A stretch of DNA of 64,000 bases from assembly GCF_009914755.1 (NCBI RefSeq), contig NC_060929.1. One strand, written 5' to 3'. Positions within the stretch are counted from its first letter, which is position 1, and each line of letters opens with the position of its first letter. This DNA is from the human T2T-CHM13v2.0 reference genome, Homo sapiens. The translations under genes were made by a program, and so were the position numbers. A model generated the notes under the pieces. The model worked only from the letters and a program-made list of their open reading frames with translations, was not told the DNA's origin and searched no databases. Positions 32,271-44,600 of the stretch are shown here, piece after piece.

Positions 32271-33295
32271 TTACATTTTGGCATGATTTTGCAGCGGCTG
32301 GTACCGGTTGTTCCTTTCCATGTTAAGTGCTTCCTTCAGGAGCTCTTTTAGGGCAGGCCTGGTGGTGACAAAATCTCTCAGCATTTGCTTGTCTGTAAAG
32401 TATTTTATTTCTCCTTCACTTATGAAGCTTAGTTTGGCTGGATATGAAATTCTGGGTTGAAAATTCTTTTCTTTAAGAATGTTGAATATTGGCCCCCACT
32501 GTCTTCTGGCTTGTAGGGTTTCTGCCGAGAGATCCACTGTTAGTCTGATGGGCTTCCCTTCGTGAGGGTAACCCGACCTTTCTCTCTGGCTGCCCTTAAC
32601 ATTTTTTCCTTCATTTCAACTTTGGTGAATCTGACAATTATGTGTCTCAGAGTTGCTCTTCTCGAGGAGTATCTTTGTGGCGTTCTCTGTATTTCCTGAA
32701 TCTGAACGTTGGCCTGCCTTGCTAGATTGGGGAGGTTCTCCTGGATAATATCCTGCAGAGTGTTTTCCAACTTGGTTCCATTCTCCCCATCACTTTCAGG
32801 TACACCAATCAGACGTAGATTTGGTCTTTTCACATAGTACCATATTTCTTGGAGGCTTTGCTCATTTCTTTTTATTCTTTTTTCTCTAGACTTCCCTTCT
32901 CGCTTCATTTCATTCACTTCATCTTCCATCGCTGATACCCTTTCTTCCAGTTGATCGCATCGGCTCCTGAGGCTTCTGCATTCTTCACGTGGTTCTCGAG
33001 CCTTAGTTTTCAGCTCCATCAGCTCCTTTAAGCACTTCTCTGTATTGGTTATGGTTATTCTAGTTATACGTTCTTCTAAATTTTTTTCAAAGTTTTCAAC
33101 TTCTTTGCCTTTGGTTTGAATGTCCTCACGTAGCTCAGAGTAATTTGATTGTCTGAAGCCTTCTTCTCTCAGCTTGTCAAAGTCATTCTCCATCCAGCTT
33201 TGTTCCATTGCTGGTGAGGAACTGCATTCCTTTGGAGGAGGAGAGGCGCTCTGCTTTTTAGAGTTTCCAGTTTTTCTGTTCTGTTTTTTCCCCAT
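32271..33295 (-). pseudogene. L1 ORF1p, frameshifted
   Basis: MGKKQNRKTGNSK...AAREKGRVTL then out of frame (TKGSPSD*). The C-terminus DLSAETLQARR...NHAKM lies in another frame. In-frame 6-bp duplication near 33050 (ITITNT). Confidence 0.97.
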
Positions 33296-34187
33296 CTTTG
33301 TGGTTTTATCTACTTTTGGTCTTTGATGATGGTGATGTACAGATGGGTTTTTGGTGTGGTATCCTTTCTGTTTGTTAGTTTTCCTTCCAACAGACAGGAG
33401 CCTCAGCTGCTGGTCTGTTGGAATACCCTGCCATGTGAGTTGTCAGTGTGCCCCTGCTGGTGGTGCCTCCCAGTTAGCTGCTCGGGTGTCAGGTGTCAGG
33501 GACCCACTTGAGGAGGCAGTCTGCCCATTCTCAGATCTCCAGCGGCGTGCTGGGAGAACCACTGCTCTCTTCAAAGCTGTCAGACAGGGACATTTAAGTC
33601 TCCAGAGGTTACTGCTGTCTTTTTGTTTGTCTGTGCCCTGCCCCCAGAGGTGGAGCCTACAGAGGCAGGCAGGCCTCCTTGAGCTGTGGTGGGCTCCACC
33701 CAGTTCGAGCTTCCTGGCTGCTTTGTTTACCTAAGCAAGCCAGGGAAATTATGGGCACCCCTCCCCCAGCCTAGCTGCCGCCTTGCAGTTTGATCTCAGA
33801 CTGCTGTGCTAGCAATTAGCAAGACTCCCTGGGCTTAGGACCCTCCCAGCCAGTTGCGGGATATAATCTCGTGGTGCGCCGATTTTTAAGCCGGTTGGAA
33901 AAGTGCAGTATTCTGGTGGGAGTTACCCGATTTTCCAGGTGCCTCTGTCACCCCTTTCTTTGACTTGGAAAGGGAACTCCCTGACCCCTTGCACTTCCCA
34001 AGTGAGGCAATGCCTCGCCCTGCTTCGGCTCACACACGGTGCACGCACCCACTGACCTGTGCCCACTCTCTGGCACTCCCTAGTGAGATGAACCTGGTAC
34101 CTCAGATGGAAATGCAGAAATCACCCGTCTTCTGCGTCGCTCACTCTGGGAGCTGTAGACCAGAGCTGTTCCTATTCGGCCATCTTC
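33296..34187 (-). promoter_or_regulatory. L1 5'UTR (sense and antisense promoter region), missing the first ~13 nt
   Basis: Begins GAAGATGGCCGAATAGG on the minus strand. Short form lacking the 129-bp ZNF93-binding segment of older L1PA3/PA4. Confidence 0.9.
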
Positions 34188-36259
34188 CACAAAGGAGTTT
34201 TTTAAGAATCCTTCTGTCTATTTTTTATGTGAAGGTATTCCCGTTTCGAAAGAAGGCTTCAAAGGACTCCAAATATCCACTTGCAGATGCTACAAAAAGA
34301 GTGTTTCAAAACTGCTCTATCAAAAGGAAAGTTCAACTATGTGAGTTGAATGTACACATCACAAGGAAGTTTCTGAGTATGCTTCTGTCCAATGTTCATA
34401 TGAAGATATTCCCGTTTCCAACTTAGGACAGAAAGCACTCAAAATATCCACTTGCAGACTTTTCAAAAAGAGTGTTTCAAAACTGCTCTTGCAAAAGAAA
34501 TGTTTAACTCTCTGAGTTGAATGCAAATTTTACAATGAAGTTTCTGAGAATGCTTCTGTCTAGTTTATGTGAAGATATTTCCTTTTGCACCATAACCCTC
34601 AAAGTGCTCCAAATATCCACTTGCAGATTCTACAAAAAGAGTGTTTCAAAAATGCTCTATCAAAAGATAGGTTAAACTCTGTGAGTTGATTGCACACATC
34701 ACAAAGCAGTTTTTGAGAATGCTTCTTTCTAGTTTTTAGATGAAGATATTCCCGTTTCCAATGAAGGCTTCAAAGCACTCCATATATACACTTGCAGATA
34801 CTACAAAAAGAGTGTTTCAAAACTGCTCTATCAAAAGGAAGGTTCAACTCTGTGAGTTGAATTCACACATCACAAGGAAGTTTCTGAGAATGCTTGTGTC
34901 CAGTATTTATGTGAAGATATTCCCGTTTCCCTCAAAGGACACAAAGTGATTAAAATATCCACTTGCAGATTCCACAAAAAGTGTGTTTCAAAACTGCTCT
35001 AGCAAAAGAAATGTTTAACTCTCTGAGTTGAGTGCAAACATCACAAGGAAGTTTCAGAGAATGCTTCTGTCTAGTTTTTATGTGAAGATATTTCCTTTTC
35101 CACCACAACTCTCAAGGTAATCTAAATGTCCACCCGCAGATTCTTCAATAAGAGTGACTCAAAACTGCTCTCTCAAAAGATAGGTTAAACTCTGTGAGTT
35201 GAATGCACACATCACAAAGTAGTTTTTGAAAATGCTTCTGTCTAGTTATTAGGTGAGGATATTCCCTTTTCCAACGAAGGCTTCAAAGCACTCCAATTAT
35301 CCACTTGCAGATCCTACAAAAAGAATGTTTCAAAACTGCTCTATCAAAAGAAATGTTAAATCCTGTGAGTTGTAAGCACACATCACAGAGATGTTTCTGA
35401 GAAAACTTCTGTATAGTTTTTATATGAAGATATTCCCTTTTCTACCATAAGCCTCAAACCGTTCCAAATATCCAATTGCAGATTCTACCAAAAGAGTGTT
35501 TCAGTACTGCTCTATGAAAAGAAACGTTCAACTCTGTGAGTTGAATGCAAACATCACAAAGAAGTTTCTGAGAATGCTTCTGTCTGGTATTTATGTGAAA
35601 ATATCGTTTCCAAAGAATTCCTCAAAGCAGTCAAAATATTCACTTGCAGATTCTACAAAAAGAGTGTTTCAAAACTGCCCTATCAAAAGAAAGGTAAAAA
35701 TCTGTGAGTTGAATGCTCACATCAGAGACTAGTTTCTGAGAATGCTTCTTTCTAGTTTTAATATAAAGAAATTGACTTTTCCACCAGAGGCCTTAAAGGG
35801 CTCCAAATATCCACGGGAATATTCTACAAAAAGAGTGTTTCAAAACTGCTCTATCAAAAGGAGAGTTCAAATCTGTGAGTTGAATGCACACATCACAAAG
35901 TAGCTTCTGAGTATCCTTCTGTCTACTTTTCATGTGAAGATAATCCCCTTTCCAATGAAGGCTTCAAAGCACTCCAAATATCCACTTGTGTATTCTACAA
36001 AGAGTGTTTCAAAACTGCTGTATCAAAAGGAAGGTGCAACTCTGTGAGTTGAATGCAAACATCAAAAAGAAGTTTCTGAGAATGCTTCTGTCTAGTTTTT
36101 AGGTGAAGATATTCCCATTTCCAACGAAGGCTTCAAAGCAGACCAAATATCGACTTGCAGATTCTACAAAAAGAGTGTTTCAAAACTGCTCTATCAAAAG
36201 ACAGTTTCAACTCTGTGAGTTGAATGCAAACATCACAAAGAAGGTGCTGAGAATGCTTC

Positions 36260-36880
36260 TGTCTAATTTTTATGTGAAGATATTTCTTTTTCCACCATAG
36301 CCCTCAAATTGCTTCAAACGTCAACTTGCAGATTCTGCAAAAAGTGTGTTTCAAAACTGCTGTATCAAAAGAAAGGATGAACACTGTGAGCTGAATGTAC
36401 ACATTACAAAGAAGTTTCTGAGATTGCTTCCATCTAGTTTTTATGTGAAGATATTTCCTTTTCCACCATAGCCATCAAAGAGCTCTAAATGTCCACTTGC
36501 AGATTCTACAAAAAGAGTGTTTCAAAACTGCTCTATGAAAATAAAGGTTCAACTCTGTGAGTTGAATGCAAACATCACAAAGAAGTTACTGATAATTCTT
36601 CTATCTAGTTTTTATGTGAAGATATTTCCTTTTCCACCATAGCCCTCAAATTGCTTCAAATGTCAACTTGCAGATTCTGCAAAAAGTGTGTTTCAAAACT
36701 GCTGTATCAAAAGAAAGGATGAACTCTGTGAGCTGAATGCACACATTACAAAGAAGTTTCCGAGAATGCTTCCATCTAGTTTTTATGTGAAGATATTTCC
36801 TTTTCCACCATAGCCATCAAAGAGCTCTAAATGTCCACTTGCAGATTCTACAAAAAGAGGGTTTCAAAACTGCTCTATCA
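36260..36880. repeat. Tandem duplication of a 2-monomer unit (342 bp)
   Basis: ccctcaaattgcttcaaa...gctgtatcaaaagaaaggatgaac...cacattac...ccatctag...gccatcaaagagctctaaatg at 36301 and 36643. Ends approximate. Confidence 0.88.
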
Positions 36881-37299
36881 AAAGAAAGGTTAAACTCTGT
36901 GAGTTGAATTCACCAATCCAAAGAAGTTTCTGAGACTGCTTCTGTCTAGTTTTTATTTGAAGATATTCTCGTTCCAATGAAGGCTTCAAAGCACTCGAAA
37001 TATCCACTTGCATATTCTACAAAAAGAGTGTCTCAAAACAGTTCTACCAAACGGACGATTCAACTCTGTGAGTTGAATGCACACATCACAGAGAAGTTTC
37101 TGAGAATGCTTCTGTCTATTATTTATGGGAAGGTATTCCATTTCCAACGAAGACCACAAACCAGTCTAAATATCCATGTGCACATTCTAGAAAAAGAGTG
37201 TCTCAAAACTGCTCTATCAAAAGGAAGGTTCAACTCTGTGAGTTGAAAGCACACATCACAAACAAGTTTCTGAAAATGCTTCTGTATAGTTTTTATGTG

Positions 37300-38668
37300 A
37301 AGATATTCCCATTTCCAATGAAGGCCTGAAAGCTGGCCAAATATCCACTTGCAGATTCTAAAAAAAGAGTGTTTCCAATCTGCTCTATCCAAAGAAAGGT
37401 TGAAATCTGTGGGTTGAATGCACACATCACAAAGAAGTTTCTCAGAATGCTTCTGTCTTGTTTTTATATGTAGATATTTCCTTTTTGCCATAGGCTTCAA
37501 AGCACTCCAAATATCCACTTGCAGATTATAGAAAAATAGCGTTTCAAAACAGTTCTATCAAAAGGAGATTTCAAATCTGTAAGTTGAATGTGCACATCAC
37601 AAAAAAGTTTCTGAGAATGCTTCTGTCTACTTTTCATTTGAAGATATTCCCATTTCCAACGGATGTTTCAAATCAATCCAAACATCCACTTGCAGATACT
37701 ACAAAAAGAGTGTTTCAAAACTGCTCTATCAAGAGGAAGATTCAACTGGGTGAGTTGAATGCACACATGACAAAGAAGTTTCTGAGAATGCTTCTGTCTA
37801 GATTTTATGTGAAGATATTCCCGTTTCCAAAGAAGACCTCATAGCCGTCCAAATATCCACTTGCAGATCCTTCAGAAAGAGTGTTTCAAAACGGCTCTAT
37901 CAAAAGAAATGTTCAACTCTGAGTTGAATGCAAACATCACAAAGAAGCTTCTGAGAATGCTTCTGTCTAGTTTTTATGTGAAGATATTCTCATTTCCAAT
38001 AAAGCCCTGAAAACTGGCCAAATATCCACTTGCAGATTCTAAAAAAAGAGTGTTTCAAATCTGCTCTATCCAAAGAAAGGTTGAAATCTGTGGGTTGAAT
38101 GCACACATCACAAAGAAGTTTCTCAGAATGCTTCTGTCTCATTTTTATATGTAGATATCTCCTTTTTGCCTTAGGCTTCAAAACACTCCAAATATCCACT
38201 TGCAGATTCTACAAAAATAGTGTTTCAAAACAGCTCTATCAAAAGGAGATTTCAAATCTGTGAGTTGAATGCACACATCACAAAAAAGTTTATGAGAATG
38301 CTTCTGTCTACTTTTCATTTGAAGATATTCCCATTTCCAACGGATGCTTCAAAGCAATCCAAACATCCACTTGCAGATACTACAAAAAGAATGTTTAAAA
38401 ATGGCTCTATCAAGAGGAAGATTCAACTGGGTGAGTTGAATGCACACATGTCAAAGAAGTTTCTGAGAATGCTTCTGTCTAGATTTTATGTGAAGGTATT
38501 CTTGTTTCCAAAGAAGACCTCATAGCCATCTAAATATCCACTTGCAGATCCTTGAAAAAGAGTGTTTCAAAACGGATCTATCAAAAGAAATGTTCAACTC
38601 TCTGAGTTGAATGCAAACATCACAAGGAAGCTTCTGAGAATGCTTCTGTCTAGTTTTTATGTGAAGAT
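37300..38668. repeat. Tandem duplication of a 4-monomer unit (~681 bp)
   Basis: ctggccaaat, ggttgaaatctgtgggttg, aaggagatttcaaatc, aacggatg, caactgggtgag and agacctcatagcc all repeat at offset 681. Confidence 0.92.
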
Positions 38669-41600
38669 ATTTCCTTTTCCACCATAGCCCTCGAAGTGCT
38701 CAAAATGTCCAATTGCAGATTCTACAAAAAGAGTGTTTCAAATCTGCTCCGTCAAAACATATGTTAAAATCTGTGAGTTGAATGGACACATCGCAAAACA
38801 GCTTTTGAGAATGCTCCTGTCTAGTTTTTATGTGAATATATTCCCGTTTCCAACGAAGAGTTCAAAGCACTCCAATTATCCACTGGCAGATTCTACAAAA
38901 AGAGTGTTTCAAAATTGTTCTATCAAAAGAAAGGTTAAATTCTGTGAGTTGTAAGGAGACATCACAAGGAAGTTTCTGAGAATGCTTCAGTCTACTTTTT
39001 ATGTGAAGATATTCTCGTTTCCAAGGAAGACCTCAAAGCGGTCCAAATATCCACTTGCAGGTTCTACAAAAAAAGTGCTTCAAAACTGCTCTATGAAGAG
39101 AATGGTTCAACTCCTTGAGTGGAATGCAAATATCACAAAGAAGTTTGTGGGAATGCTTCTGTCTAGTTTTTATGTGAAGATATTTCCCTTTCCACCATGG
39201 CCCGCTAAGTGCTCCAAATGTCCACTTACAGATTCTACAAAAAGAGTGTTTCAAAACTGCTCTATCAAAAGAAAGGTTCAGCACTGTGAGTTGAATGCAC
39301 TCATCACAAAGTAGTTTCTGAGAATGCTTCTGCGTAGTTTTTATATGAAGATATTTTCTTTTGCCCTGTAGCCCTCAAATGACTCCAAATATCCAATTTC
39401 AGATTCTACAAAAAGAGCGTTTCAAAACTGCCTTATCAAAAAAAGGGTTCAACTCCGTGAGTTGAATGCCCACATCACATAGAAGTTTCTGAGAATGCTT
39501 CTCACTAGTTTTTATTTGAAGATATTCCCTTTTCCAATGAAGGCTTCAAAGCACTCGAAATATCGACTTGCACATTCTACAAAGAGTGTTTCAAAACTGC
39601 TCTATCAAAAGGAACGTTCAACTCTGTGAGATGAAGGCACACGTCACAAAAATGTTTATGAGAATCCTTCTGTCTAGTTTTTATGTGAAGATATTCCCGT
39701 TTCCAACGAAGGCCTCAAAGCGGTCCAAATATCCACTTGCAGATCCTACATAAAGAGTGTTTCAAAACTGCTCTATCAAAAGAAAGGTTCAACTCTCTGA
39801 GTTGAAGGCAAACATCACAAAAAACTTACTGAGAATGTTTCTGTCTAGTTTTTATGTGAAGATATTTCCTTTTCTACCATAGCCCTCAAAGTGCTCCAAA
39901 TGTCCACTTGCAGATTCTACAAAAAGTGTGTTTCAAAACTGGTATATCAAAGAAAGGTTAAACTCTCTGAATTGAATGCACACATTAAAAAGTAGTCTTT
40001 GAGAACGTTTCTGTCTAGTTTTTATGTGAAGATATTCCTGTTTCCAATGAAGGCTTCAAAGCACTCCAAATATTCACTTTCAGATTCTAGAAAAAGAGTG
40101 TTTCAAAACTGCTTTATCAAAAGAAATGTTCAACTCTCTGAGTTGAATGAAAACATCACAAAGATGTTTCTGAGAATGCTTCTGTCTAGTTTTTACGTAA
40201 AGATATTTCCTTTTCCACCATAGCCCTCAAAGTGCTGCAAGTGTCCATTTGCAGATTCTACAAAAAGAGTGCTGCAAAACTGATGTATGAAATGAAACGT
40301 TCAACTCTCTGAGTTGAATGCAAACATAACGTAGAAGTTTCTGAGAATGATTCTATCTAGTTTTTATGATATTCCCGTTTCCTTTGAAGGCTTCAAATCA
40401 CCTCAAATATCCACTTACAGATTCTACAAAAAGAGTGTCTCAAAACTGCTCTATCAAAAGGAAGGTTCAACTCTGTGAGCTGAATGCACACATCAAAAAG
40501 ACTTTTCTGAGAATGCTTCTGTCTAGTTTTTATGTAAAGATATTCCCGTTTCCAAAGAAAGCCTCAAAGCGGTCCAAATATCCACTTGCAGATACTACAA
40601 AAAGAGTGATTCAAAACTGTTCTATCAAAGGAAAGGTTCAACCCTCTGAGTTGAATACAAACATCACAAAGTAGTTTCTGAGAATGCTTCCGTCTAGTTT
40701 TTATTAGAAGATGTTTCATTTTCTACAATAGGCCTCAAAGCACTCCAAATATCCACATGCAGATTCTATAAAAAGAGTGTTTCAAAACTCTCCATCAAAA
40801 AGAAGGTTCAACTCTGTTAGTTGAAGGCAAACATCACAAAGAAGTTTCTGGGAATGCTTCTTTCTAGTTTTTATGTGAAGATATTCCCGTTTCCAATGAA
40901 GGCTTCAAAGCACTCCAAATATCCACCTGTAGATTGTACAAAAAGAGTATTTCAAAACTGCTCTATAAAAAGGAAGGTTCATCTCTGTGAGTGGAATGCA
41001 CATATCACAAAGAAGTTTTTGAGAATGATTCTGTCTGGTTTATAGGGGAAGATACTTCCTTTTCCACCGAATACCTCAAAAAGCTCGATATGTCCACTTG
41101 CAGATTCTACAAAAAGAGTGTTTCAAAACTGCTATATCAAAACAAAGTTTCAACTCTCTGAGTTGAATGTACACAACAAAAAGTGGTTTCTGAGAATGCT
41201 TCAGTCTAGTTTTGATATGAAGATATTACATTTTCTACCATAGGCCTCAAAGGGTTCAAAACAACCACTTGCAGATTCTACAAAAAGACTGATTCAAAAC
41301 TGCTCTACCAAAAGAAAGGTTCAACTCTCTGAGTTGAATGTACACATCACAAAAATTTTTCTGAGAATGCTTTTGTCTAGTTTTTATGTGAAGATATTTC
41401 CTTTTCCACCATAGACCACAAAGTGCTCCAAATGTCCACTTGCAGATTCTAGAAAAGGAGTGTTTCAAAACTGCTCTATAGAAAGAAATGTTATACTCTG
41501 TGTGTTGAATGGACACATCACAAAGGAGTTTCTGAGAATGCTTCTGTCTAGTTTTTATTGGAGGATATTCCCGTTTCCAACAAAGGCTTTAAAGCACTCC

Positions 41601-44600
41601 AAATATCCACTTGCAGATTGTACAAAAAGAGTGTTTCAAAACTGCTCTTTCAAAAGAAATGTTCAACTCTGTTAGTTGAATGCACACGTCCCAAATTAGT
41701 TTCTGAGAATGCTTCTTTCTACTTTTTATATGAAGATATATCCTTTTCTACCACAGGCCTCAAGGAGCTACAAATATCCACTTGCAGATTCTACAAAAAG
41801 TGTGTTGCAAAACTGCTCTATCAAAAGAAAGGTTCAACTCTCTGAGTTGAATGCAAATATCCTGAAGTAATTTCTGAGACAGCTTCTTTCTAGTTTTCAT
41901 ATGAAGGATTCCAAATATCCACTTGCAGATTTTACAAAAAGAGTGTTTGCAAAACTGCTCTATCACAACAAAGCTTAAACTCTATGAGTTGAATTCACAC
42001 ACAACCAACGAATTTCTGAGAATGCGTCTGTCTAGTTTTATGGGAAGATATTCCCGTTACCCACCAAGGTTTCAAAGCACTCCAAATATCAACTTGCAGA
42101 TTCTACAAAAAGAGTGTTTCAAAACTGTTCTATGAAAAGAAAGGTTCAACTCTGTGAGTTGAATGCAAACATCACAAAGAAGTTACTGATAATTCTTCTA
42201 TCTAGTTTTTATGTGAAGATATTTCCTTTTCCACCATAGCCCTCAAAGTGCTCCAAATGTCCACTTGCAGATTCTACAAAAAGAGTGTTTCAAAACTGCT
42301 CTATCAAAAGAAAGGTTAAACTCTGTGTGTGGAATGCACACATCACAAAATAGTTTCTGAGAATGCTCCTTTCTAGTTTTTATATGAAGATATTTCCTTT
42401 TCTACCATAGGCCTCAAATGACTCCAAATATACACTTGCACATTCTACAAAAACAGTGTTTCAAAACTGCTCTATGAAAAGAAGTGTTCAACTCTGTGAG
42501 TTGAATGCACACATCACAAAGCTGTTACTGAGAATGCTTCTGTCTACTTTTTTTGAGAAGTTATTCCCATTTCCAACGAACAATTCAAAGTACTCCAACT
42601 ACCCCCTTGCAGATTCTACAAAAAGATTGTTTCAAAACTGCTCTGCGGAAAGAAAGTTCAACTCTGTGATTTGAATTCACACATCAAAAAGAAGATTCCG
42701 AGAATGCCTCTTTCTACATTTTATATGAAGCTATTCCCATTTCCAATGAAGTCTTCTAAGCACTTAAAATATGCACTTGCAGATTCTACAAAAAGAGTGT
42801 TTCAAAACTGCTCTATTAAAAGGAAGTGTCAATTCTGTGAGTTGAATTCACACATCACAAATAATTTTCTGAGAATGTTTCTGTCTAGTTTTTATGTGAA
42901 GATATTCCCGTTTCCAACGAAGGCATCAAAGCACTCCAAATATCCACTTGTGGATACTTCAAAAAGAATGTTTCAAAACTGCTCTATCAAAATGAAGGTT
43001 CAACACTGTGAGTTGAATGCACACATCACAAAGAAGTTTCTGAGAAGGCTTCTGTCTAGTTTTTATGTGAAGATAGTTCCTTTTCCACCGTAGTCCTCAA
43101 AGTGCACCAAATGTCCACTTGCAAATTGTACAAAAAGAGTGTTTCAAAACTGCTCTCTCAAAAGAAAGGTTAAATTCTGTGAGTTGATGCAGACATCACA
43201 AAGTAGTTTCTCAGAATGCTTCTCTGTGGTTTTAATATGAAGATATTTCCTTTTCTACCATGGGCTTCAAAGGGCTCCAAATATCCACCTGCAGATTCTA
43301 CAAAAAGAGTGTTTCAAAACTGCTCTATGAAAGGTATGTTCAACTCTGTGAGTTGAAAGCTCACAACACAAAGTAGTTTATGAGAATCCTTCTTTCTAGT
43401 TTTTATATAAAGATATTTTTTTTCTTCCATAGGCCTCAAAGGGCTCCAAATATCCACTTGCAGATTCTACAAAAAGAGTGTTTCAAAACTGCTCTATCAA
43501 AAGGACGGTTGAACTCTGTTAGTTGAATGCACACATCACAAAGTTGTTTCTGAGAAGGCTTCTGTCTAGTTTTTATGTGAAGATATTTTCTTTTCTACCA
43601 AAGGCTTCAAAGGGCTCAAAGTATCCACTTGCTGATTATACAAAAAGAGTGTTTCAAAACTGCTCTATCAAAAGGAAGGTTCAGCTCTGTGAGTTGAATG
43701 CACACATCACAAAGAAGTTTCGGAGAATTCTTCTGTCTAGTTTTTATGTGAAGTTATTCCCGTTTCCATTGAAGGCTTAAAAGCACTCCAAATATCTACT
43801 TGCAGTTTGAACAAAAAGACTGTTTCAAAACTGCTCTATGAAAAGAAATTTTCAACTCTGTGAGTTGAATGCAAACATCACAAAAAGTTTCTCATAATAC
43901 TTCTGTCTAATTTTTGTGAGAAGATGTTTCCTTTTCCACCATAGCCCACAAAGTGCTCCAAATGTAAGATTGATAATTATACAAAAAGACTGTTTCAAAA
44001 CTGCTCTATCAAAAGAAAGGTTAAACTCTGTGAGTTGAATGTACACATCACAAAGTAGTTTCTGAGAATGCTTCTGTCTAGTTTTTCTATGAAGATATTT
44101 CCTTTTCTAGCATAGGCCACAAAGCGCTCCAAATATACATTTGCAGATTCTACAAAAAGAGTGTTTCTAAACTGCTCTATCAAAGAGAAGTTTAAACTCA
44201 GTGAGTTGAATGCATACATGACAAAGAAGCATCTGACTATGCTTCTGTCCAGTTTTATGTGAAGATATTCACGTTTCCAACGAAGTCCTCAAAGCAGTGC
44301 AAATTTCCACTTGCAGATTCTACAAAAAGTGTGTTTCAAAACTGCTCTATGAAAAGAAAGGTTCAACTCTGTGAGGTGAATGCAAACATCACAAAGAAGT
44401 TTCTGAGAATGCTTCTGTCTAATTTTTATGTGAAGATATTTCATTTTCCACCATTCCAGTCAAAGTGCTACATGTGTCCACTTGCAGATTCTACAAAGAG
44501 AGTGATTCAAAACTGCTCTATCAAAAGAAAGTTTCAACTCTGTCTGTTGAATGCACACATCAAAAAGAAGTTTCTGTGAATGCTTCTGTCTAGTTTTTGT

